A DNA stretch of 64,000 nt from Negaprion brevirostris. Its lineage: Eukaryota. Where the stretch lies: positions 30,268,212 to 30,332,211 of the forward strand of contig JARDVH010000154.1 in NCBI GenBank assembly GCA_030324005.1, in the 5' to 3' direction. Shown here piece after piece: positions 49,511-61,893 of the stretch. The notes below the pieces were generated by a model. It saw only the letters and a list, made by a program, of their open reading frames with translations. It had not been told where the DNA came from and did not search any database. Every line of letters starts with the position of its first letter. Positions within the stretch are counted from its first letter, which is position 1. The translations under genes and the position numbers were made by a program.

Positions 49511-50011
49511 TGTCACCTGTCAACCCTTGTGATTTTGTGCTGCAGGGCCATGTTTACAAAGCAGCATACAAACCATTATCAATCCGATCTCTAGTTGCAG
49601 CATTGATTACTTTGGATATGTTTTGCACATTGGCAAGCAGTAATAGATATTGTGAAGGTGATAGCAGTGATCAACCATGATTGTTGTTTTACAGCGTAGT
49701 TCAAAAATTGAATTTTGCCCCAAAAGCATGGACATTTTCTTGTGTTGTACAATTGTCTGCTTGGCACTAATATCTCAAAATATACTCATAGCTTTACTGC
49801 CATTAGTGGAGTGGAACATTCTAATGTTTTGCAGTCTTCTAGACTGCTGAAATATGCATGCATTTTTCATCGTTTTCCGGCACTTAGCTGTTGATTGGTG
49901 CATGTAATGGTTTACCTCAGCACAAAATTCTTCAACCTGATCAAACAGCTGGTTAAAAATAAAGCTAGGTGTGTTTTTTGAAATGGAGGGGAAATTCAAA
50001 TGTGGAAGTAT

Positions 50012-50295
50012 TATCCCCTGGCACTAAGGGGTAAACTAGCATGGCCTATCAACCTAACCTGCACATCTTTAAACTGTGGGAGGAAACCAGAATACTCGGA
50101 GGAAACCCACACAGACGTGGGAAGAATGTGCAAACTCCACACAGGCAGTGACCCAAGCTGGGAAACGAACCCAGGTCCCTGGAGCTATGAGGGGTAAATA
50201 TGAGAGGTTATGGGAATAGGGCCTGAATGGGATTGTGGTCAGTGCAGACTCGATGGGCCAAATGGCCTCCTTCTGACTGTAGGAATTCCATGATT
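50012..50295. mobile_element. HE1-type SINE with inverted 5' portion
   Basis: 50012-50192 is the head/V core on minus; 50191-50295 is the tail on plus. Confidence 0.75.
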
Positions 50296-50609
50296 ATTTG
50301 CATCCAAGAGAGGAAATGTTCTATTACCAGGTTTGACTATTGTAATAACCTTCTGTTCTAGCCTTGAAGTTATTGTGCATACACTCGTGCATTTGGACAG
50401 TGTGAATCTAATTGCCTCATTAAAACTTAAGAAATCTTTAATTGTTCAGTTCACATTTTCTGATAATCAAGACTAGCTTTATGGGTTATATTGGTTTGAC
50501 AATTCTGACTGTTGATTAAATATTAAATTAGAGCTGGATTGAACATGAAAATAAACAAAAAACAGGGTTCCCATCACTTCATGTCCTTTCCAATAATCCT
50601 AGAATTATT

Positions 50610-50890
50610 GAATCCCCACAGTGCAGAAGGAGACCATTTGACCATTCAAGTCTGCATTGACAGTATCTTACTCAGGCCTACCACTCTGCCCTATCTAATG
50701 GCTAATCCACCTAACCTAAACATCTTGGGAAACTAAAGGACTATTTACCGTACCCAGTTAATCTAACCTACACATCTTTGGATTATGGGAGGAAACCCAT
50801 GGGGACACGGGGAAAATGTGCATATGCCACACAGTCACCTAAGGGTGGAATTGAACCCAGGTCCCTGGCGCTGAGAGGCAGCAGTGCTGG
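50610..50890 (-). mobile_element. HE1-type V-SINE
   Basis: Tail, V core, head (ttgaacccaggtccctgg). Confidence 0.85.
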
Positions 50891-51721
50891 GCCCTAAGTT
50901 GTGAGATACCAAAAAATCGCGTTTAAAAGTCATGAACCATCACTTAAGGATAACTGAAGCACAAAATCCTCACTTAATTTGCCTCAGTCTACATAAGAAC
51001 ATTTTTTTATTTGTTGTTTGCAGGCCTTGTGGGACAGTGCAAAGCAGTTTCTTTTTCTGAAGGCTAACTAAATATGGTCGGCCCATGGTCTGTTTGTGAA
51101 CAGTTTGGTACCCCATAACCAGAAATCTCAGTTTCATTTAGTACGTGATTTAGTATAGTCATTTTCTCTTGCATTTTACAGTTGTTCAGTACCAGGAATT
51201 TTAAAGTGCTTTTCTTATGCAGAAATAAATGTGATGAAAGGAATTTTTTTTGACCGTCTATATAATTGTGTCTTGTTTAAATTTGATTGGAGCTGCATGA
51301 ATGGATTTGGGCGGGTTGAGAGCATTTGTCTGAGGCAGTGTTGCACTTAATGTTGCAAATAATACTAACAAAAATGACATTCACCAAAATGTCACCTAGT
51401 TCTTTGGAGCTCCTTCATTCTGAAATGTTAATTGTGGTTAAGATGTCAGTGAATTATTTTGCATTTTTATTTGATGGATGCAGTGTTAAGGAATACAGAA
51501 ACTGAGTGGCAGTCTCTTCCACTGTCAGATAAATCGTCCTTCACAATTTAGCTTCCTTTCAGTAAAAACTACAGAATTAAAGGAGCACTGGCATGTGCAT
51601 GGACATGCTGATAAGTTACTGACATCAAAACTTCAGTGGAATATTAGTTTATGTGAGGATTCCGGTTACAAACCGATTTAGAATATAACTTCTGATTTGA
51701 TTTTCAAAATAAATTAAACAT

Positions 51722-52100
51722 TTTATTTGATTTATTATTGTCACATATCAACATTGTGAAAAGTATTGTTTCTTGCGTGATATACAAAGCATACCATTCA
51801 TAGAGAAGGGAGGAAGACAGTGCAGAATGTGGTGTTACAGTCATAGCTAGGGTGAAGCGAACAATCAACTTAATGTGAGGTAGGTCCATTCAAAAGTCTG
51901 ACAACAGCAGGGAAGAAGCTGTTCCTGAGTCAGTTGGTACGTGACCTCAGACTTTTGTATCCTTTGCCTGACAGAAGAAAGTGGAAGAGAGAATGCCCAG
52001 GGTGCGTGGGGTCCTTAATTATGCTGGCTGCTTTTCCAAGGTAGCAGGAAGTGTAGACAGAGTCAATAGATGGGAGGCTGGTTTGCGTAACGGATTAGGC
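51722..52100 (-). mobile_element. Non-LTR retrotransposon 3' end (Rex1/Babar-like, tentative)
   Basis: tttgatttattattgtcac tail then agtctgacaacagcagggaagaagctgttcctgagtc. Confidence 0.6.
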
Positions 52101-53499
52101 TAGAAAGCAAGCAGAATGCAGATGAGCGTAGGTGAGAAATAGCTTAGATACACCACTGAGCCATAACTGCACCTGTTTTTACAGCATTTAGGTAGGAGCT
52201 TTTTGTAGGTTTCAGATTGTGCTGAATTTTTATTCTGATCAGATTGAGGAATTCAATGCTAAAGCCAGCCTACCACCTCTGAGAAGCCAATTGCAACATC
52301 AAAATGTTCCTGGGACAAATATGGATAACCACATATGTTTGCAAGTATTATGCTTAATGTGAAGCTCAGAACTGCTTAGAATTGTAAGCCTGTCCACTTC
52401 TTGCACACCTTAGATTTTGAGATTACTTTAAAAAGCAGGCAGTCAGATCTAAGTCGATCTAGATACTTGGGTGTGCCATACTGGTTTCAGAATAGACCGC
52501 TGTAACTGTTGGAAGGGGAGAGAGAGGTACAATAGGTTGGCTTGATTTGAATCTTGGCCACGTTTTTAAAAAAACACTGCAGTAACCCTTATATAAACCA
52601 GCCATCTGGAAAAATTGTTTCATTAGAAGTAATTGAAAATATAATTCAATAGCATCATGATAATGGACCAAGGAACCTTTTCTCTTTTAATTTTCATGTC
52701 TTTTTAATATTTCTAATAGATTACTGTTACAATAAAGTTTTCTTTTAAAGGCATGTCGCGGTAAAGATCGATACATGATTGATGTACTGGCTGGATCCTC
52801 TCTTAGACTAATGGTTTGAGGCCAAGACTATAGGGAGAGGCTCCAGCAGTATTGAACGAAAGTGATAGAAAGCATTCCATGGCCAATGTCAGAAAAATTG
52901 CAGTTGTAGTAGTGATTGAATTCAGGGGATGGCTGTGAGAGATTGAAGATGCAGGTACTGAAAATTTCCTATAATATCCCCAATGTTATCTGTAAAGATA
53001 TGCAAGAAATTCCTTTGAAATTGTGGTGAGGCCATTATCACAAATAATTAAAAGCCTTAACTGTAAAGGTAGACCTAATTGCACCTGTAAACCACTTGGA
53101 TCTACCTATGCATTTCTGCTATTCTTGTGATTGGTTCGTGCAGCCAGCTGGTTCCCTATCTGTGTGGCTTGACTGTGTAATCTGTTTGCCACCCAGGTGA
53201 AAATTCTGTCTGACGTGTTCGTTCTCACTGATTCGCAATACACACTTGCAATGAAGCTCCACTGTAGAAACTGCTGTGATATAAAAGATAGTCATCAAAG
53301 CTCCAGATGAGCATAGGCTGCAGTCCCCTTTGAAGGGGAGAGTTGACTAGTAGTGATTTAACCTGATGATCACCACAGCTAAATATTTGTCCAAATCATA
53401 CATTTTTGAAAACAAGTAACTGTTATTCCCAAATATCTGACCATTTCTCAGAAAATTAGAGAAAGTTATATTGTGTGCTGCTGAGAAATGTTCTACAGT

Positions 53500-54110
53500 G
53501 AAAATGGTACAGCAGAGGAGGAGCCAATTAATCTCACTATGCTTGTGTCAGCTCTGTGTTAGAGCTGTTCACATAGTCCCATTCACCTGTGCCTTCCACA
53601 TAGCCCTGCAAGGTTTCCCCTTCAGATATTTATCCCAAGTTCCTTTCCAAAATGGTTAGTCAACCTGCTTTCATTACCCTTTGCAGGTGCTGCAGGCCAG
53701 ATTTTCCAAACTCTCTGCATGAAAAAAATTCTTATCTTGTCTCTGGTCCTTTTGTCAATTGCTATAAATCTGACTCTTCTGGTTACTGACCCTTCTGCTA
53801 TTGGAAGCAGTTTCTCCTCCTTTATTCTAGCAAAACTCTTCATCAGTTTGAATCTATTATGTGTTCTTCATTTTTTTTTGCTCTAAGGAGAGCAGCTCCA
53901 AATTTTCAGACTCTTCACATAACTGATGTTGCATATCCTTGCTACATGTGAGGCTTATCTCCTGTCCATCAAGATACTTGCATCCTTCCTGAAGTGTTGT
54001 GCCTGGAATTGTACCAAAACATTACTCCTAACCAGTGATTATAAAAGGTGAGAACAGTTTCTTTGCTTTTGGATTCTATGTCTCTGCTTACAAAGGCAAG
54101 TATCTTTATC
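53500..54110 (-). mobile_element. Old CR1 3' fragment
   Basis: Minus ORF remnant EKLLPIAEGSVTR...FFMQRVW. Confidence 0.7.
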
Positions 54111-54139
54111 CTTTTTTTAACAGGCTTTTTTTAATATTT

Positions 54140-54847
54140 GCTCATGAGATGAGAGTGTCACTAGCTCGGCCACATTAATTGCCCCTCCTTAATAGTGTTC
54201 AGAAAGTGGAAATGTGCTGCTCCTTCAGCTGGACTCCTTGATATGATATGTGGTCAAATGGTGCTTTGTTATCAAGGGCAGTCACTCTCACCTCACCTCT
54301 GGAGTTCAGCTCTTTCATACATATTTGGACCAAGGCTTTAGTGAGATCAGGAGCTCAGTGGACTTGGTGAAACCAAACTGAGCATCAGTGAATAGATTAT
54401 TGCTGAGTAAGCACTGTCAATGACACTTTCCATCACTTTACTGATGATTGAGAAAAGACTGATGGGCCAGTAATTGGCTGGGTTGAATTTGTTCTGCTTT
54501 GTGTGGTTAGGTCATATCTGGGCAATTTTCCATATTTGTGGGTAGATGCCGATCTTGCTGTACTGGAACAACAAGGCTTTATTTGGAGCACAAGTCATCA
54601 GTACTACTGCTGGAATGTTGTCAGGGTTCATAGCTTTTGCAAAATCCATGACCTGCAGCCATTTCTTGAGATCATGTGGAGTGAGTAGAATTGTCTAGTA
54701 TGTGAGATGCTGGGGACTTTGGGTGAAGGCTGAGATGGATCATCTTGGCATTTCTGATTGAAAATGGCTGCAAATGCTTCAGCCTTATGTTTTGCACTGA
54801 TGTGCATCTGTGAGGAAGGAGATATTTGTGGAGCAGCCTCCAGTTAG
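54140..54847 (-). mobile_element. Second LINE family fragment
   Basis: Collinear with 5976-6580. Confidence 0.8.
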
Positions 54848-55730
54848 NNNNNNNNNNNNNNNNNNNNNNNNNNNNNNNNNNNNNNNNNNNNNNNNNNNNN
54901 NNNNNNNNNNNNNNNNNNNNNNNNNNNNNNNNNNNNNNNNNNNNNNNNNNNNNNNNNNNNNNNNNNNNNNNNNNNNNNNNNNNNNNNNNNNNNNNNNNNN
55001 NNNNNNNNNNNNNNNNNNNNNNNNNNNNNNNNNNNNNNNNNNNNNNNNNNNNNNNNNNNNNNNNNNNNNNNNNNNNNNNNNNNNNNNNNNNNNNNNNNNN
55101 NNNNNNNNNNNNNNNNNNNNNNNNNNNNNNNNNNNNNNNNNNNNNNNNNNNNNNNNNNNNNNNNNNNNNNNNNNNNNNNNNNNNNNNNNNNNNNNNNNNN
55201 NNNNNNNNNNNNNNNNNNNNNNNNNNNNNNNNNNNNNNNNNNNNNNNNNNNNNNNNNNNNNNNNNNNNNNNNNNNNNNNNNNNNNNNNNNNNNNNNNNNN
55301 NNNNNNNNNNNNNNNNNNNNNNNNNNNNNNNNNNNNNNNNNNNNNNNNNNNNNNNNNNNNNNNNNNNNNNNNNNNNNNNNNNNNNNNNNNNNNNNNNNNN
55401 NNNNNNNNNNNNNNNNNNNNNNNNNNNNNNNNNNNNNNNNNNNNNNNNNNNNNNNNNNNNNNNNNNNNNNNNNNNNNNNNNNNNNNNNNNNNNNNNNNNN
55501 NNNNNNNNNNNNNNNNNNNNNNNNNNNNNNNNNNNNNNNNNNNNNNNNNNNNNNNNNNNNNNNNNNNNNNNNNNNNNNNNNNNNNNNNNNNNNNNNNNNN
55601 NNNNNNNNNNNNNNNNNNNNNNNNNNNNNNNNNNNNNNNNNNNNNNNNNNNNNNNNNNNNNNNNNNNNNNNNNNNNNNNNNNNNNNNNNNTAATATTTTC
55701 AGAAAGTGTGGAGAATAGACAGACCAGAGA

Positions 55731-55749
55731 TCACCACTAGAGGTCAGAA
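55731..55749 (+). promoter_or_regulatory. CTCF-like motif (duplicate of 48841)
   Basis: TCACCACTAGAGGTCAGAA. Confidence 0.5.
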
Positions 55750-56019
55750 ATTCAAATCAAAAATAATTTGATAGCTTGCATTGAAAATTTAAAATTAAAG
55801 AAAGGTTGATGTATTATAATACTATGTAATTAAATATTTATTCTGTTGTTGTGAGCAAAGAACAAGAAACTTCAGCTGTGCAGGAATGATTTATTTAATA
55901 ATTTGCCGCACTGCTCTTCGAGACCATGAACTTTCTAAAAGAATTTCCAGTTTATTTAACTCCTGATGAGGGCTTAATTGAATTCTGACTGCTTCCTTTT
56001 ATGCTGAACCTTCGAGAAG

Positions 56020-56350
56020 ATGGTTGTGGGTATCTGTTACCCTTGTTCTTCTTAGTAGTAGATACAGGTTGTGGGTTTGGAAGGTAATATTGAAGGAGTC
56101 TTGATGAGCTCCTGAGGTGCATCTTATTTTTGACTCTCACTGCTGCCACTGTGCGTTGGTGGTAAAGGCAGTGAATTTTAAGGCGGTAGATTATGTGCCG
56201 GTCAAACAGGTTGATTTGTTCTGGATGTTTGAGTATTTTGAATGTTATTTGAACTAATCCAGGCAAGTAGAAAGTATTCCATTGCACTCCTGACTTGAAC
56301 CTGTGGATATTGAGTACACATGGGAGTCAGAAAGTGAGGTACACACTGCT
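56020..56350 (-). mobile_element. Second LINE family fragment
   Basis: QVRSAMEYFLLAW motif. Confidence 0.75.
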
Positions 56351-56959
56351 CAAAACGGTGGGAATTCTGAGAATAACGCAGATCCTGACTTCCCAAGGTA
56401 TCTGCTATAATTCCACGAAGCATTGCGCTGGAAAGTAATAAAAACTTCTGGAATTGTGCTTGGCGTGTATTTATCATCGTAGGATGAGAAAATATAGATG
56501 TAAAAATCTCTGTTCTAGATGTCTAATAAAACTTGCTTTGAAACTGGAGGCATTTCAAAAATTGTTAATCGTTGTAGTGCATGATAGTACTCTGACATAT
56601 GAACGTGTAATATGTTAGTACTAAATTCTTCTGTCTGCTATTTGTGGCGGTAACGGAATGTCAGTTTCAGCCAATACATAATATGAAGCATAATATACAT
56701 GGGCTAGGTTGTAATAATGCTGTACCACAACCGCAAGCCTTTTGGTTTCACTATACGATAAATCACGCTTTCTAACATGGATTAGTGGCTCCTTGAGATG
56801 CATCTAACCATATCCACTTCTAACATGTGCCTTGCTCTTTGAGTGTACTGTCAGCTGTTTAGCCTTTCTGCAACTGCTGAAAACTTTGAATTGTTAAGCT
56901 ATTTTAACTCCTGAACAGTAATAAAATCAGTCTTTTTGGTAGCATGGAGTTGTGGTGAG

Positions 56960-59800
56960 ATAGAATTACAAAGAATATACAGCACAGAAACAGACCAATT
57001 GCCCCAATTACCCCAAAGAACAAAGAAATTTACAGCACAGGAACATGCCCTTCGGCCCTCCAAGCCTGCACTGACCTTGCTGCCCAACTGAACTAAAACC
57101 CCCTACCCTTTCAGGGGCCATACCCCTTTATTCCCATCCTATTCGGGTATTTGTCAAGACGTTCCTTAGAAGTCACTACCGTATCTGCTTCCACAACCTC
57201 CCTCTAGCAACGAGCTCCGGGCACCCACTACTCTACATAGGAAAAAAAAGTCTGCCTCGTACATCTCCTTTAGACCTTGTCCCTCGCACCTTAAACCTGT
57301 GCCCTCTAATAATTGACTCTTCCACCCTGGGAAAAAGATTCTGACTATCCATCCTGTCCATACCTCAATCTTGTAGACTTCTATCAGGTCAGGGGAAATT
57401 TCTCGTTGACNNNNNNNNNNNNNNNNNNNNNNNNNNNNNNNNNNNNNNNNNNNNNNNNNNNNNNNNNNNNNNNNNNNNNNNNNNNNNNNNNNNNNNNNNN
57501 NNNNNNNNNNAGTTCTGAGTTCTACAAGTGAAAACATTCTGTAGAGTATCCCCTGCTTAGGCCATTCATGATTTAAAGACCTCTATCAGGTCATCTTTAA
57601 ATCTATTTTAAAAAGAAACAAATCTCTAACCCTATTCAGTCTTCACCAGTTGCTATAATTTCTCGGTTCTAGTGCAATCCTTGCCAATCTTTTTTTTATT
57701 TCTGTGTACTTTTTATGGTGTGGAGACCAGACGATGCACTGAGACCTTCCTAGAATTCTACATAATGTAGTATAGCTTTGCTGTCTTTGTATTTTATAGT
57801 TCTAGAAATAAAAGCACTTTGTGAATATTTTAAATTGACTGGTTGATCTGCAAGCCAACTGTTAATGTATTTGCCTGTATTCTGGGATCCCTTTGCTCTT
57901 TGATCCCATTCAGTTTTTATATTTTGAAGGTGTAGCTGATCTTGTTTTTCCTATCAAAGTGCCCTCATAGTTGCCTGGGTTTGCCACCAAATACCCTGTC
58001 TGCAAGTTTTCTAATATCTTTCATTTTCTTGCGTTCTTCCTCTGTGCCAGCTATGTTCTCCACACTTTCCCAACCCCATGATTGGTGTCACCTGCAAATT
58101 TTTATTTTCAGCTCCTTGGCCATAAAACAAATTATCAATGTAGATTATAGAAAACAGTAATGTTCTTTATAAGCACATGCTATTATATTCTGTCTATTTT
58201 GTCGTCATGTTTAGTAAAAACTGAGGCGCAGTAGGTGTTCAATATTTATGAGTTTATCTTGCTCATCCTTTAGTGACCCTATCTCTACTTAATTTTCCAT
58301 TTAATTCTGTCAATAGAACACTTCTATAGTGGGATAGCTTGATCTTGGGTTTGGACATAGCTCGGCACAACATCGAGGGCTGAAGGGCCTCTGCTGTACT
58401 GTTCTGTGTTTCTATACTCCATGATCATTTAATTTTGAAATTTAGTTTTGTCTTCCTGATGGATATTTTTAGCATCTCACCTAAATTCCTTGGTCCCCTT
58501 TTGTCATCTTCTCTTTTAAAATACAAACATTTATTATGCCTTTTTAGATTCAGCTTTCTCCTTATCTGCCTTGTCCCATATTTAGCTTCCGTTTTCTGAC
58601 TCGGTGGAATACATTTCTGTTAATCTCTTGATTGCTGTTCTAAGATTTCTGAATTTTTCTGTTTTTTAAAACTTTCCCTCAGTTGACCTTTAGTAACAGC
58701 CTTATTTGCTCGTAATTACCTCTTTTACAGTCTAGTACTTTAGGCTCTGTCTGACTGTGATCACTATTGATCTGAATCTTGAACATTTCACTATGTTATG
58801 ATCATTAATACTAACATTATGCTTCTCTTATCTGCTCTGGTACATTACATGATCAAACAGATTATTTTCTTGTTGTACCCGTTGAGTGAGAACAGAGCCG
58901 TGTATCCTGACTGAAAACTTGATTTCCCTTTTTCCTTTCATTGTTTCTGCCTGAGAGTTTATTTCAGGGTAGTTGGTACTTTCTGCCTGCTCCTCATCTT
59001 GTACATTTGCCCATATATTTCTTCTTCCAATTTCTTTCAACCATTTGGTCGTGTATAGTATATTCTTATTAGGAAAATGGATCCCAATATTATCTTTAAA
59101 CTCTATCCATATGTGTTCTATCTTATGTTACATGTTTTTCTACTGTTTTTTTTACAAGCATAGTTTCCTTCTCTTTCCTTTCTAATAGGTCCTTCAATAT
59201 TTAGCTGCTAATCTTGTCATCTTATGTAGAGCCATGCTTCAGTCATCCCAAAATGGATCCTTCACAAATTATGCCCTCCAATTCATCCGTTTTGTTTTGA
59301 ATGCTACATACATTTCTGTAACAACAGGTTAAATTATTTTTACTTATTATTCCCCTCTCTTGTTTTAGTAGAAATTTTACATTTATGTTCTGACTTTATT
59401 CAACCTCTGACCAATCATGTTGTTATTTTGTCCTTTAGTTTGTACTTTACACTCTTATCCCAATAGATTCTTTAATTTCTAACAGTTCCCTGTATCTCCC
59501 CCCCACTTTATTTAAAGTTGTATTTACAGGCCTAGTTATTCTTAGGACCTTAGACTTTAAGGTGCAGCCCATTCCAGTGCTGTAGCTCCTTTCTTCCTGT
59601 CCTGATACTGATGCTAATATTCCACAAAATGAAACACTTTGAACAATACTCTTCTAGCCACTTCCCTAATCTGTTTTCCCTGATGCCAATTTTCATGTGG
59701 TTTGGCCAGTGATCTCAGTATCTGCAAGATCCTGCTTTTCAATTTAGCCCCTAACTTGTGTTACCTTAGTGGAACCTCTTCCCAAATTTTTCCCATTTCC
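56960..59800 (-). mobile_element. CR1 fragments: young 3' end (57015-57390) within older, heavily decayed CR1
   Basis: 57015-57390 is the reverse complement of the family at 1-579; downstream pyrimidine-rich decayed CR1; short plus-strand CR1 tail at ~58325-58415. Confidence 0.65.
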
Positions 59801-60007
59801 CCATCGTTTCAGATTCTACTTCAGGCATTTTGAGCTAAGAACACAAGTTGGAGAAGGAATAGACCATCCACCCCTCAAAGCTCCTCCTCCTCTCAGTATG
59901 ATAATAACTGACTATCTGCCTCAACTCAGATTCCAACTGAACTGCAGATATCATAGGTGATGTACACTTTGAGAGTCTTGACCCTGATTGCAAAATGTGC
60001 TATCTGT

Positions 60008-60265
60008 GCACAGTGGTGAGCACAGTTTTGATTCCCAGCTTGGGTCACCATCTGTGCAGAGTCTGCACGATCTTCCTATGTCTGCGTGGTTTCGTCTGGG
60101 TCCTCTTGTTTCCTCCCGCAGTCCGAAAGGCATGCTGATTAGGTGCATTGACCATTCTAAATTCTCCCTCCGCGTACGCTAACAGGCGCCACAATGTGGC
60201 GACTAGGGGATTTTCATAGTAACTTTATTGGTGTGTTAATATAGGTCTACTTGTGACACTAATAA
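60008..60265 (+). mobile_element. V-SINE, alternative-tail subfamily
   Basis: V core followed by tgtggcgactaggggattttc...ctacttgtgacactaataa. Confidence 0.8.
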
Positions 60266-60749
60266 CTACCCAGGATAGGTAGTGCACTCTTTGAGACTCT
60301 TGTTCCTGATTGCAAAATGCACCATCAACCACCTCCTAATTATAGCATTGTCTATAACTACAAGTTTGTTGAACGATACTTTCATATTACTTCTTCTATT
60401 GCTGGAATTAACAGTTTGGAGATAGCCTCAAGCTGTTGTGTACCTAAAACTACAAATAAGATTAAATTACAGAAACCAGGTATCTTCAGTGTCTGCACCA
60501 ACTGCTCTGTTTTTTTTTGTTTTAACGCTTCAGTACAAACCGTTTTTTTAAGCTGGATGTTTTGTTATGTATGGAACAGATAAAATCTTAAGAAATAGCT
60601 GTGCACAAGTTTGAGATTTTAAGACTTTTTAAAATACCTGTGGTATAGTTAAACAATTCTCTACCATGGTTTGGAGAAATACCTTACTAACAAAGAGGTG
60701 CCAGTCAGGGCCAATCATAAGTACACCCTTGAGTGAGGAGTAACTAACT

Positions 60750-60938
60750 CACCAAACCAGCATGTGTTTGGGACTATGGGAAGAAACCAAAGCACCTGGA
60801 GGAAACCCACACAGACACAGGGGGAATGTGCAGAGTCCACACAGTGACCCAAGCCGGGAATCGAACCCAGGTCTTTGGTGCTTTTTATTCCTACTTTTTG
60901 TTACTTCAATGTTTAGAGGTGGTTGCAGCTGTCCTGCA
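60750..60938 (+). repeat. Duplication of SINE fragment plus unique flank from 61737-61948
   Basis: Shared non-SINE flank tttttgttacttca.tgtttagaggtggttgcagctgtcctgca. Confidence 0.88.
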
Positions 60939-61610
60939 TCTTTCCCAGACTCCTATGGGAGCCAGCACTTTGTGTCTAATGTCACATGCTCAAAATTAAG
61001 ACAAAAGATTGGATGTGTGCTGATGGAGATAGTGGCAGTGAGAATGCAGTGGATTTATGGGCAGTGATTCAACATCACTGTGTAAATAGGGCTCAGACTT
61101 TCTGACTTGGATGTTGAACTTTTAATGATTAGGTCAGTTGAAAGCCTGTCAGTGGATTGTCGACGACTGTAATTATCTATTTGGAGCTTGTTTTAAAGTT
61201 AGAAGAACAGTTCTGAATATCAATGTGGTTTCGAAAGTCTTGACTCTTGGGGTCAGGCACAGGGTCTTCATGAATTATGAATGAAGGAAAAGTAAGCGTT
61301 AAGGAAAATGTCATGGTTGATACGTGACCCAGTTAATGATCTGAAGAATTATGTGAATCAGCTATCTCTTTTTCTTTGCTAGTAAGACAAACAGACTTCT
61401 GAAATCGGCTAATGAATTTTTAAACAACAATTCTTGCAGTGTTGCACTGTCATTTCCATCCCTAGTGTTGTACTCTGCTTGGAGCTACTGATAGAGGTGG
61501 TTTAGGAACCTTGTCAGTAAGTTTCATCAATGGGGACCAATTCCTATGGGTCTGTTAATTTACATTGAAGAATTGAATGAGTTAGTTCCTTAAAATAATC
61601 ATTAAAATTT

Positions 61611-61893
61611 CAAGTTTATTTATTAATCACAAGTAGGCTTACATAACACTGCAATGAAGTTACTGTGAAATTCCCCTAGTTGCCACACTTCGGCACCTGT
61701 TCATCTATGCTGAGGGAGAATTTAGCATGACCAATGCACCAAACCAGCACATCTTTGGGACTATGGGAAGAAACCAAAGCACCTGGAGGAAACCCACACA
61801 GACACGGGGGAATGTGCAAAGTCCACACAGTGGTCAAGCCAGGGATCGAACCCCGGTCCTTGGTGCTGTGAGGCAGCAGTGCTAACTGCTGTG
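61611..61893 (-). mobile_element. V-SINE, alternative-tail subfamily
   Basis: aagtttatttattaatcacaagtaggcttac...cccctagttgccacac tail, V core, tRNA head. Confidence 0.88.
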
